Positions 16,366 through 24,945 of a stretch of 30,838 bases of DNA are shown piece after piece. The stretch covers positions 124,001 to 154,838 of the forward strand of contig JBDRRP010000115.1 in NCBI GenBank assembly GCA_043825735.1. The letters are read 5' to 3'. The DNA comes from Pseudomonadota bacterium. GTDB taxonomy: Bacteria; Desulfobacterota; Desulfobacteria; Desulfobacterales; JBDRRP01. How positions within the stretch are numbered: position 1 is the stretch's first letter; every line of letters begins with the position of its first letter. Both the position numbers and the translations under genes were made by a program. The notes beneath the pieces are model-generated. The model saw only the letters and a program-made list of their open reading frames with translations. It did no database searches and was not told the DNA's origin.

Positions 16366-18032
16366 AGCTGCGAAAACACCAGGCCGAAATGCTTGAGGTC
16401 TGCACCCGGATCCGCAACGGCGGCCCGGTCCGGGACATCTATGTTTTGGTCACCCCAGGCGGCGGCAAGTCCGCCCTTCCCGCTATAGCCGGCGGCGTCC
16501 TTATCCCCGGATTCGCGGAAGCCCTCTGCTGGGTCGCACCCCGGACCGCCCTCCAGCGGCAGGGGGAAGAAAACTTCCTCGACCCGAGGTTTCGCAACCT
16601 CATCAGCCACAATCTGACGATACGGGCGTCGACAAATGAGCCGAACCCGTGCCGGTGCGAAAACGGGTTCATCACCACCTACCAGGCGGTCGGCGTGGAC
16701 CGCGGCACCCTTGTCGAAGAGTTCCGCCGGCGCCGGTACATCCTTGTGACGGACGAATACCATCATGCTGAAGAGGATTCGCAGTGGCATGCGGCCCTGG
16801 CCGAACTCGTAAGCCTCGCTGTGGTCCGGATCTACATGACCGGAACTTTCGAGCGGGGAAACGGCAAAAAGATCGCATTCACCCCATACCGCACGGTTTC
16901 ATCCGACCTCCAGTATGAAATCAGTCGGCCGGCCGTAGGGGAAAGCCCCACCCAGGCCGTGATCAGGTACACCAGGGCCGATGCGCTGGCAGAGCAGGCC
17001 ATCCTGCCGCTGCGCTTCGAATTCTTCGACGGCCGTGTGCAGTGGAAAACGGCCGCCACCGGCCGGCACGAAGCGGTTCTGTCAGACGTGAAAAAGGGCA
17101 AGGCCTCGGCCGCGATCTACACAGCCCTTAACACCGACTATGCCGAGGACTTACTCTCCCGCGGTTTCGCCCACTGGGCCAACCACAAGCGGCGCGTACC
17201 GGGCGCATCCCTACTGGTGGTCACCTCCGGTATCGAGCAGGCGCGGCGGGCTCTCGAATGGTTGAAACGGTCCTGGGCCTTAGCCGAAATCGCGACCTCG
17301 CACGACTCGTCGGCGGCCCACCAGGCCATCAACAATTTTAGGCGCGGCGCGCTCGACGTGCTGGCGACGATCGCAATGGCCTACGAGGGGATGGACTGCC
17401 CGAGTGTGTCCCACATCATCTGCCTCACCCACATCCGGTCCACCCCGTGGATCGAACAGATGCTCGCACGGGCGGTCCGGATCGACCCGGACGCCGGCCC
17501 CTACGAGACACAGGAAGCCCATATTTTCGCGCCCGATGACGCTTTGATGCGCGCGGTCTGCGCCCGGATCGAGGCCGAGCAGGCGCCGGTTGTCCGCAAA
17601 AAGAAGGTCACCGAAGAGGAGCAGTTGGGCCTGTTCGGTGACGGCGGGTGCGCCGACGAAATAACCCCCTTGGGCGGGGAGATTATCGGGGCCAGGGGAT
17701 TTGCAATCGGTCGGCGCCCGCGCGGTTTCGCCCCGCCGTTGCCGATGACCCCCTCGGACATCGAGGCCGACCTGCGGCAAAAGATCGAGGCCCATGTCCG
17801 TGGCTACTCGCAGGCCAACTACTACAAGCCCCAGCGGATCAACGGCGAGATCCGGAAGGTCTTCGGAAAATCCCGGCCGGAAATGGACCGGCGCGAGCTC
17901 GCCGCATGCCTCAGCCATGTGAAGCGTGCCTATCCGGCAAGTGGGCCGGCCGTGACCTGCAGCGAGAGTAAACCGCGCCAGTACCCGCGGCTGTTCCCGA
18001 CAAAACCGGTGCCTTGGCGGCCAAACCGATAG
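16362..18032 (+). CDS. Superfamily 2 (DExH, ResIII-like) helicase
   Basis: LRKHQ Q-motif, TPGGGKS, DEYHH, MTGT, EGMDCP, QMLARAVR. Confidence 0.9.
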   Translation: MKLRKHQAEMLEVCTRIRNGGPVRDIYVLVTPGGGKSALPAIAGGVLIPGFAEALCWVAPRTALQRQGEENFLDPRFRNLISHNLTIRASTNEPNPCRCENGFITTYQAVGVDRGTLVEEFRRRRYILVTDEYHHAEEDSQWHAALAELVSLAVVRIYMTGTFERGNGKKIAFTPYRTVSSDLQYEISRPAVGESPTQAVIRYTRADALAEQAILPLRFEFFDGRVQWKTAATGRHEAVLSDVKKGKASAAIYTALNTDYAEDLLSRGFAHWANHKRRVPGASLLVVTSGIEQARRALEWLKRSWALAEIATSHDSSAAHQAINNFRRGALDVLATIAMAYEGMDCPSVSHIICLTHIRSTPWIEQMLARAVRIDPDAGPYETQEAHIFAPDDALMRAVCARIEAEQAPVVRKKKVTEEEQLGLFGDGGCADEITPLGGEIIGARGFAIGRRPRGFAPPLPMTPSDIEADLRQKIEAHVRGYSQANYYKPQRINGEIRKVFGKSRPEMDRRELAACLSHVKRAYPASGPAVTCSESKPRQYPRLFPTKPVPWRPNR

Positions 18033-18042
18033 AGGAGAGAGG

Positions 18043-19755
18043 GTGATCATGAGAAGCGAAGTCATTGTTGATTTATTCGCGGGTGGCGGCGGGGCCTCTG
18101 AGGGGATCCGGATCGCGCTGGGCCGGGATCCAGACGTTGCGATTAACCATGACCAGTGGGCCATCGCCATGCACAGAGCAAACCACCCCGGGACCCGCCA
18201 CCTCATCGAAGATATCTGGTCGGTCCCTCCGAAGTGGGCGACCGGGTACCGGCCGGTTGCTTTGCTTTGGGCAAGCCCGGACTGCAAACACTTTTCCAAG
18301 GCCAAGGGGTCGGCGCCGGCCAGGAGCCGAGAGGTCAGAAGCCTCGCATGGGTGGTTGAGCGATGGGCGCGGGAAGTTCACCCCAAGGTCATTATCCTGG
18401 AGAATGTCGAGGAGTTCCTCGGCTGGGGGCCGCTCGATGCCGATGGCAGAGTGATCGTGAAGCATAAGGGCGACACGTTCCGGGCGTTTGTACGGAGGTT
18501 GCGACGCCTCGGGTACACCGTGGAGCACCGGGAGCTGCGCGCCTGTGATTACGGTGCGCCTACCATCCGGAAACGGTTGTTCATGGTGGCCCGCTGCGAC
18601 GGGGCGCCCATCGTCTGGCCCGAGCCTACCTACGGCCCCGGATTGCTCCCCTACCGCACAGCGGCCGAAATTATCGACTGGTCCATCCCCTGCCCGTCGA
18701 TATTCGAACGCAAGAGGCCGCTGGCTGAGAACACGCTGCGGCGGATCGCCGAGGGGATCCGGCGGTATGTGATCGAGTCGGCCGAGCCCTTCATCGTCAC
18801 CTACTACGGTGAAAAAAAACCAGGGGAGTTTCGTGGCAGCGGCATGGGTGACCCGGTTGCCACTCAGACCACCGAAAACCGGCACGGTCTGGTGGTGCCG
18901 GTAATGGCCCCGCTGACCCATCATGGCCGAGGAAGGGCCTACGCTGCCCATGAGCCGATGCGCACCGTAACCGCCGCCCACCGCGGCGAAGCCGCCCTGA
19001 TCGCCACCCATATCCAGCGCCAGTTTGGGCAGGGTATCGGATCAGCCGCCGATCAACCGGTCGGCGCCATTACCGCCGGCGGCATGGGCAAAGCGGCCCT
19101 GGTGGCCGCGTTTCTCGCCCAACACAACGGCGGGTACTGCACCACCCCGGCCAGGCCCATGACTGCACCGGTGTCCACCGTGTCCAGCCGGGGATCCCAG
19201 CAGCAACTGGTCGCTGCCCACCTGACCAAGTATTTCGGCGCCTCGACCGGCCAACCTGCCAACGATCCGGTGCACACTCTCACCGGCAAGTGCAAGCATG
19301 GCATCGCGACAAGCCACCTGGTCAAATTACGCGGGTCCTGCCGGGATGGGCAACCCGTGACTGATCCGGCCCCGACGGTCACCGCTGGCGGGACCCACAT
19401 TGGAGAGGTCCGGGCTTTCCTCATGAAATACTACAGCACCGGCGGCCAATGGCAGGCCGTTGACAGCCCGGCGCACACAGTGACGACCAAGGGCAGGCTG
19501 GGCCTGGTGACAGTCATGGTCCGCGGCGAGCCTTACGTCATCACCGACATCGGCATGCGGATGCTCCAGCCCCGTGAGCTGTTCCGGGCTCAGGGGTTTT
19601 CGGACGCTTATCGAATCGATGTCGACATTGACGGCCGGCGCATCACCAAAACCAACCAGGTTAGATGCTGTGGCAATTCGGTCTGCCCACCGATTGCCGA
19701 GGCCATTGTCTCTGCCAACATGCCCTCGCGGATGCGTCAGGCAGTTGGTGCATAG
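18043..19755 (+). CDS. DNA (cytosine-5) methyltransferase with seven internal repeats
   Basis: DLFAGGGG, ASPDC, LENV, RKRLF, RMLQPREL..AQGF, GNSV motifs. Confidence 0.93.
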   Translation: MIMRSEVIVDLFAGGGGASEGIRIALGRDPDVAINHDQWAIAMHRANHPGTRHLIEDIWSVPPKWATGYRPVALLWASPDCKHFSKAKGSAPARSREVRSLAWVVERWAREVHPKVIILENVEEFLGWGPLDADGRVIVKHKGDTFRAFVRRLRRLGYTVEHRELRACDYGAPTIRKRLFMVARCDGAPIVWPEPTYGPGLLPYRTAAEIIDWSIPCPSIFERKRPLAENTLRRIAEGIRRYVIESAEPFIVTYYGEKKPGEFRGSGMGDPVATQTTENRHGLVVPVMAPLTHHGRGRAYAAHEPMRTVTAAHRGEAALIATHIQRQFGQGIGSAADQPVGAITAGGMGKAALVAAFLAQHNGGYCTTPARPMTAPVSTVSSRGSQQQLVAAHLTKYFGASTGQPANDPVHTLTGKCKHGIATSHLVKLRGSCRDGQPVTDPAPTVTAGGTHIGEVRAFLMKYYSTGGQWQAVDSPAHTVTTKGRLGLVTVMVRGEPYVITDIGMRMLQPRELFRAQGFSDAYRIDVDIDGRRITKTNQVRCCGNSVCPPIAEAIVSANMPSRMRQAVGA

Positions 19756-19986
19756 ATGAGCCAGAAACCGAATCACACTGCCGTCACCATCAACCGGCAG
19801 GCCTGGGTGGAGATCATCGCCGACGCGATTGAATCGACCCTGAGATGGGCTGACGAAAAGAACGGCGGGTCGTTCCGGAGCGACCAAATCGCCGAGGTGG
19901 TGGTCAGGGCCATAAACGACGCCTACTACAACGGCCCCCCGCCGAAGACGCGGATGGATCTGTGTGACTGGAAGCACAAGAACTGA
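19756..19986 (+). CDS. Hypothetical protein
   Basis: 76-aa ORF abutting the MTase stop codon. Confidence 0.6.
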   Translation: MSQKPNHTAVTINRQAWVEIIADAIESTLRWADEKNGGSFRSDQIAEVVVRAINDAYYNGPPPKTRMDLCDWKHKN

Positions 19987-20000
19987 GAGGAGTTTGGCCG

Positions 20001-20105
20001 ATGGATAAACTCACCAACGCCGCTTACGACACAGGGTTCGTGGTCGGCCTGTTCACCGGCATCGTGATCACCTTGGCGATCGTCGCTGCACACTATTACT
20101 TCTAA
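20001..20105 (+). CDS. 34-aa single-pass membrane peptide (absent from the ORF track)
   Basis: GAGGAG RBS; MDKLTNAAYDTGFVVGLFTGIVITLAIVAAHYYF fills the gap before ssb. Confidence 0.6.
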   Translation: MDKLTNAAYDTGFVVGLFTGIVITLAIVAAHYYF

Positions 20106-20115
20106 GGAGCCATAA

Positions 20116-20532
20116 ATGATCAACAAGGTAATTCTCGTAGGCAATTTAGGCAGGGACCCCGAAGTCACCTACACCCCCGGCGGCACGGCAAGGGCGTCGT
20201 TCAGTGTCGCCACCACCGAGCGCTACAAGGATAAGTCCACCGGCGAAATGGTGGAAAAGACCGAGTGGCACCGGGTCGCTGCATGGGGCCGCCTGGGGGA
20301 GATCTGCGGCGAGTACCTGACCAAGGGCCGGCAGGTCTACATCGAGGGCAAACTCCAGACCCGGTCCTGGGAAAAGGACGGGGTGACCCGCTACACCACC
20401 GAAGTTATCGCCAATGAGATGAAAATGCTTGGGCAGCGGGGAGACTCGGCGGGCGGCGAACGGGGCAGCGAGCGGGACAGCGGGCAGGGCCGGCCGGCTG
20501 GCGGCGGCATCGACGATGACATTCCGTTCTAA
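20116..20532 (+). CDS. ssb: Single-stranded DNA-binding protein
   Basis: [38 protein letters not shown] tail. Confidence 0.97.
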   Translation: MINKVILVGNLGRDPEVTYTPGGTARASFSVATTERYKDKSTGEMVEKTEWHRVAAWGRLGEICGEYLTKGRQVYIEGKLQTRSWEKDGVTRYTTEVIANEMKMLGQRGDSAGGERGSERDSGQGRPAGGGIDDDIPF

Positions 20533-20541
20533 GGAGGTGAG

Positions 20542-21186
20542 ATGATCAAGAAAACCATCGGCCGTCTACTCCATGCCGCAAACACGAGCCCGCCTTGTTT
20601 GGCCCGCGGCGAGTTCTACGCGATGAAAGACCGGATACTGGCCCGGTTCGGTACGCTGGCAGGCCACAATATCCAGCATATCAAGTACGACTGTTGGGGT
20701 TGTAAGGGCACCGGTGTGTTCATCGGGTTCTGGCATAGTGATGATGAAGACTATGGTGAGAAGTGGATCGAGTGCGAGCCAATGAAGTGCCAGAAGTGCG
20801 GCGGCACCGGTGTTTTTGCCGAGATATGGGTCCTGCTCGAAGTTCACAATCTCGGCGGCCACCGGTTCCACCGACCAGTATTCCGGACCCGCGATCCCCA
20901 GCATCCGGGGTTCAACGGCCGTGCCCTCGGACCGATCTTCGACGGTGGGCAGTTCATTGAAGGCAAGATCGAGCTCAAGCCCCACCGGCATCACGTCGAG
21001 GCGTGCTACTGGTTGGCTCTGTTTTTCGACCGGCCGCTGTTCGGTACAATATGGGGCCGGACAAAGCACGAGGTGGCGACCCCGCTGGCGCGGCTATCGG
21101 GAAAGGTGTTCGGGGCGCGAGCCGTGGCGAGAAGAATCAAGTACGCCGTGAGGTACATCATGGATAGGGAGGACATCCCGTTTTGA
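20542..21186 (+). CDS. Hypothetical protein with DnaJ-type CxxCxGxG zinc finger
   Basis: CWGCKGTG and CQKCGGTG; ends in EDIPF. Confidence 0.7.
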   Translation: MIKKTIGRLLHAANTSPPCLARGEFYAMKDRILARFGTLAGHNIQHIKYDCWGCKGTGVFIGFWHSDDEDYGEKWIECEPMKCQKCGGTGVFAEIWVLLEVHNLGGHRFHRPVFRTRDPQHPGFNGRALGPIFDGGQFIEGKIELKPHRHHVEACYWLALFFDRPLFGTIWGRTKHEVATPLARLSGKVFGARAVARRIKYAVRYIMDREDIPF

Positions 21187-21827
21187 AAGAGACTGACTTG
21201 GCAGCCACCGTCGTAACCTGGTTGGGGGATCAGCACTGGGACGTGTACCAGGAAGTGGAGCGTGACGGCGCCATCGCCGACATCGTGGCCGCCATGGGGC
21301 CGCTGCGTTGGGTCGTGGAGTGCAAGAAAACCCTGTCCCTTTGTCTCCTGGAACAGGCTTTCCGGTGGATTCACCGCGCCCATTTCGTTTCGATCGCGGT
21401 CCCGCAAGTATTCGCCGCCCCCAAAGGCCGCGGGGCTGCCCGGATCTTCTGCAACCAAAACGGCATTGGCATGATCGCCGTAGGCCCTCACGGCATTAAA
21501 GTCTACCGGCCTCCGGCCATGTCCAGGGCCGCGGCGGTTAGTGGATGGAGATTATGCGAGCAGCATAAAACATTTTCTCCGGCCGGGACGGCATCCGGCG
21601 TCCGCTGGACCCCGTTCGCGTCAACATGCTGCCAACTCCGCAATCTGTTGGTCGACCGCCCCGGGCTCGCGCTATCCGAGGCCATGAAGGGCATCGACCA
21701 CCACTATGCTTCGGATGCCACCGCCCGGGCCACCGTCAGCTACTACCTGCGAAAGCGGCCAGGCGTGATCAAGGGAATCGTGTGCCGGCGGGAAGGCCGG
21801 AACCTCAACCTGTACTTGGAGGGATGA
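21183..21827 (+). CDS. PD-(D/E)xK nuclease-fold protein (MmcB-like)
   Basis: ETDL..VYQEV..ADIVA..VVECK...QA. Confidence 0.7.
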   Translation: MKETDLAATVVTWLGDQHWDVYQEVERDGAIADIVAAMGPLRWVVECKKTLSLCLLEQAFRWIHRAHFVSIAVPQVFAAPKGRGAARIFCNQNGIGMIAVGPHGIKVYRPPAMSRAAAVSGWRLCEQHKTFSPAGTASGVRWTPFASTCCQLRNLLVDRPGLALSEAMKGIDHHYASDATARATVSYYLRKRPGVIKGIVCRREGRNLNLYLEG

Positions 21828-22405
21828 TGAACCAGAAAGACGAAAAAATCGTGATGTACGACAGCCCGGAAGCGGCAAAGCAGGGCAAAAAGCTGCTTTT
21901 CGGGTGGTGGAGTCGAAAAGGTCGGTACTATGCGCCTGGCAAGGAAGCAGAACACATGGCCCGCTGGGACGGCTGCACCCACCGCCGCTGCGACTGTGGC
22001 GAAATTATGGAACGCATGTGGACCAAGTGCGCCAAGTGCCGCGAGAAGGCCGAGGTCGAACGGCACGCGGCCCGGGAGACGGCGGAATGGGACGGCAAGG
22101 GGCCGATCTACTCCGAAACCATTGACCGGTTTTTTATGGGATGGAGCGAGGTAGAAGACTATTGCGTCGATCAAGACCCGCCGGTCGCCTACAAAGACCT
22201 CCGCTTACTCGCCTGCCAGCCCATCATGGCCCAGCCAATCGACCCATTTGACTACTACGGCGACAACTTGCCCGAAGAAGACGACGGCAGCCTGCCCCAT
22301 GAAATCGTGATGGCCTTTAAGCGCTTGAACGAAGAAATTAGGGCGTGCACAACCCCGCTGGCATGGGAACCATCGAAAATCGCGGTCAGGATCGGCGAAT
22401 CATGA
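21824..22405 (+). CDS. Hypothetical phage protein
   Basis: Start reassigned to ATG 21824 after GGAGG; ARWDGCTHRRCDCG..CAKC. Confidence 0.7.
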   Translation: MMNQKDEKIVMYDSPEAAKQGKKLLFGWWSRKGRYYAPGKEAEHMARWDGCTHRRCDCGEIMERMWTKCAKCREKAEVERHAARETAEWDGKGPIYSETIDRFFMGWSEVEDYCVDQDPPVAYKDLRLLACQPIMAQPIDPFDYYGDNLPEEDDGSLPHEIVMAFKRLNEEIRACTTPLAWEPSKIAVRIGES

Positions 22406-22836
22406 ATTATGTGAAGAAAAGCAGGCTCCTGGCCAGAGAGAACAGCAAGTGGCCCATGCGCCTGGCCCCGGTTCCTCCCGAGGAGTGGGAAGACATCCAG
22501 CTATCCGGGTCCCCTCGATTCGCGGTCTGGCGTAGCCGGGAATTCCTGGTCCAGGCATTCGGTGAGTCCGGAGGTGTAATCAGGCTCTCTGTCAACCGGA
22601 CCAGGATCCTTACGGACGGTCAATGGGACGATCAAATCTCCTGGGATGACCTTCAGGCCCTGAAATACCAGGCCGGCTATGGCAACTGCATGGCCGTAGA
22701 GATCTACCCAGAAGATCGACACCTCGTTAATGTGGCGAACATGCGGCACCTATGGGTGCTCCCCGAACCGCTTGGGTTCGGGTGGAGGATGGGGCTTGAA
22801 GTAAAAGGAGCTGATGATGACAAAAAAACTATATGA
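22402..22836 (+). CDS. Hypothetical phage protein
   Basis: ATGA-coupled start at 22402; RLSV..ISWDDLQALK..AVEIYP..LVNVANMRHLW. Confidence 0.75.
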   Translation: MNYVKKSRLLARENSKWPMRLAPVPPEEWEDIQLSGSPRFAVWRSREFLVQAFGESGGVIRLSVNRTRILTDGQWDDQISWDDLQALKYQAGYGNCMAVEIYPEDRHLVNVANMRHLWVLPEPLGFGWRMGLEVKGADDDKKTI

Positions 22837-23029
22837 ATTTACCGCGAATCTGACATGCGCTTATGTTGTGGCAGCAGAGACAGAGGGGGCCGCACGCCAG
22901 GCCATCGAAACATTCGAAAGGGCGTGGTTCGAGAGCGGCGATTTTATCGGCGTCAGCGATGTTGAGTTGGCGGGTGTCCGAATCGCTGATCAAGATTGTT
23001 TGGAAGATTTAGCTCACGAAATCGTATGA
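22814..23029 (+). CDS. Small acidic hypothetical protein
   Basis: AAGGAG RBS; 71 aa. Confidence 0.65.
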   Translation: MMTKKLYEFTANLTCAYVVAAETEGAARQAIETFERAWFESGDFIGVSDVELAGVRIADQDCLEDLAHEIV

Positions 23030-23066
23030 CAACCGGCCGTTGCAAGTAACCCCATCACGGACGTGA

Positions 23067-23309
23067 ATGAGAAATAACCCCTCCCTCCCCCGCTGGCTCA
23101 CACTGAAGGCCGCCGCCGCCTATTCGGCGATCGGCCGCCAGCGCCTCATTGATATGGCCCGCTCCGGCGCGATCCGGGGCGGGCAGGATCAGGACAGCGG
23201 CCGGGGGGAGTGGATTTTTGACCGGGAATCGATCGACGCATACCGCGAGGGGCAAATGCTGAGATCGTTTGATCGACAGGCGGAGACATTTTTGAGGAGG
23301 TTCGGGTGA
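23067..23309 (+). CDS. Excisionase-like HTH (HTH_17) protein
   Basis: WLTLKAAAAYSAIGRQRLIDMARSGAI..WIFDRESIDAY. Confidence 0.8.
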   Translation: MRNNPSLPRWLTLKAAAAYSAIGRQRLIDMARSGAIRGGQDQDSGRGEWIFDRESIDAYREGQMLRSFDRQAETFLRRFG

Positions 23310-23764
23310 AGATGAAAGCCATTTCGGTCAGGCAGCCCTGGGCCTGGCTCATAGCGGATTTCGACGGCGCCGGAGCGATACCGCCGAAGCGGTTGGAAAA
23401 CCGTAGGACCCTGAAGAATATCAGGGGCCGGTTTTTGATTCATGCCGGGAAGGGGTTCGATACTGAGGGGTGGCGGTGGCTCTTAGGCCATAAAAACGCC
23501 CAGACTCAAACCGATACCTTTTGGAGATCGCTTTCTACTGCAAAATGGGATGCACCGAGGGGCGGCATAGTCGGCGTGGCCGATATCGTCGGCGTGATCT
23601 GTCCCGGGTTTGAGTTGCCTGCTGAGTTGGTCGGCCAATGGCTGTGGCGCGATGAGGACCAAAACAGTTTGATTCTCAAAAACGTCTCCTCGGTAAAGTT
23701 TTTCCCATGCCCCGGCAAGTTGTCGGTTTTCGAGGTGGACTACCCATACGATCTGAAAGGCTGA
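23306..23764 (+). CDS. ASCH-domain protein
   Basis: KAISVRQPWAWLI..KRLENR..RGRFLIHAG..GGIVG..PCPGKL. Confidence 0.9.
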   Translation: MKMKAISVRQPWAWLIADFDGAGAIPPKRLENRRTLKNIRGRFLIHAGKGFDTEGWRWLLGHKNAQTQTDTFWRSLSTAKWDAPRGGIVGVADIVGVICPGFELPAELVGQWLWRDEDQNSLILKNVSSVKFFPCPGKLSVFEVDYPYDLKG

Positions 23765-23765
23765 C

Positions 23766-23936
23766 ATGGATAAAAACACTTTTGTGAACCGGTACATGGA
23801 AAAGATAATCTTACTTCTCGGCATCCGGCCATCGATTGCCGCCGATATGGCGGAAGCCGCTTTCGCCGATTGGGATGATGTTGAAGCGCCTGAAAAGTGC
23901 GCTGAAAACGAGTCAGAATACTGGAGGAATGGATAG
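23766..23936 (+). CDS. 56-aa acidic hypothetical protein (absent from the ORF track)
   Basis: MDKNTFVNRY...ADWDDVEAPEKCAENESEYWRNG exactly fills the gap between ASCH and DUF5131; AAGG upstream. Confidence 0.65.
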   Translation: MDKNTFVNRYMEKIILLLGIRPSIAADMAEAAFADWDDVEAPEKCAENESEYWRNG

Positions 23937-23938
23937 AA

Positions 23939-24592
23939 ATGAATCGTCAAGGACCCGGCAAAATAGACTGGTGCGATTACTCTTTTAACCCTATCAGCGG
24001 GTGCCTGCATGGTTGCCCGTATTGCTACATGCGACGGATAGATACCCGGTTTCCCGGTACCATGGCCCCGGCGTTCCATCCAGAGCGGCTGAAACAACCG
24101 CAAAGGCTTAAAAGTCCGGCCAAGATTTTCACTGGATCCTCCGGCGATATGTGGGGTGAGTGGGTGCCGGAGCGATGGATCAACCAGGTGCTGGATGCGG
24201 TGCGCGCCCTGCCGCGGCATACGTTCCAGTTTTTGACCAAAAACCCGAGCAGGTACTCTGGATTCAACCTCCCGTCGAACGGGTGGTACGGGACAACGGT
24301 GGACGGAACGGAGCGGACAGAAAACAACCTGGCGATGCTGCTGGCGTCCACCATTTTGCACGGCGAGCGGCGATTCGTCAGTTTCGAGCCGTTGCTTGCC
24401 GTGCCGGCCAACATCGACCTGGCCGTCATCGATTGGGTGATCATCGGCGCCGACAGTACCAGGGGGGCGGCCCGGCCGCCGGAGGCCTGGGCGGACGCCA
24501 TAATCGAGTCAGCCCGGGATGCTGGCGCAGCCGTCTGGATCAAAGACAATTACCAGTATCCGGGACGGGTCAAAGAGTTTCCTCAAAATTGA
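23939..24592 (+). CDS. DUF5131 (phage Gp37/Gp68) radical-SAM-like protein
   Basis: KIDWCDYSFNPISGCLHGCPYCY, SGDMW, FQFLTKNP, FVSFEPLL, DWVIIG, VWIK. Confidence 0.9.
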   Translation: MNRQGPGKIDWCDYSFNPISGCLHGCPYCYMRRIDTRFPGTMAPAFHPERLKQPQRLKSPAKIFTGSSGDMWGEWVPERWINQVLDAVRALPRHTFQFLTKNPSRYSGFNLPSNGWYGTTVDGTERTENNLAMLLASTILHGERRFVSFEPLLAVPANIDLAVIDWVIIGADSTRGAARPPEAWADAIIESARDAGAAVWIKDNYQYPGRVKEFPQN

Positions 24593-24604
24593 AATGAGGC
24601 GCAA

Positions 24605-24916
24605 ATGGGCTGGAACAAAGGATATACAATCTTCGAGTCAACTGTTGTTGGCGCCTATGACCTCGGCAAGCTTGATAAAAAGTTGCTCCGCTGCCTTATG
24701 GAGCCCTACCGGGGCACAGATATCGACCAAGGCGGGAGCCAAGGCCTGCTATCCAGGGACGGAAAAGGTGTGGTCCAGATCGTCATCGAGACGTGGGGGC
24801 TCGATATGCCTCAACCGCCGGCGGATGATGCCGGCGAAGAGGTCCTGGAGGAATACGAAGAATTGGTCTGGGACATGATGGATTCCATCACCCGGGGCCA
24901 CTTTGGATGGGCATGA
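24605..24916 (+). CDS. Acidic hypothetical protein
   Basis: GAGG RBS; 103 aa. Confidence 0.65.
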   Translation: MGWNKGYTIFESTVVGAYDLGKLDKKLLRCLMEPYRGTDIDQGGSQGLLSRDGKGVVQIVIETWGLDMPQPPADDAGEEVLEEYEELVWDMMDSITRGHFGWA

Positions 24917-24945
24917 GCCCCTTGCAAGCACGAAAGGGTTGATGT

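Noticed and set aside
9188..19977. Long minus-strand ORFs (e.g. 9188-10150, 15978-16790, 17280-18305, 18073-19011)
   Set aside because: Antisense shadows of GC-rich plus-strand genes, with no motifs
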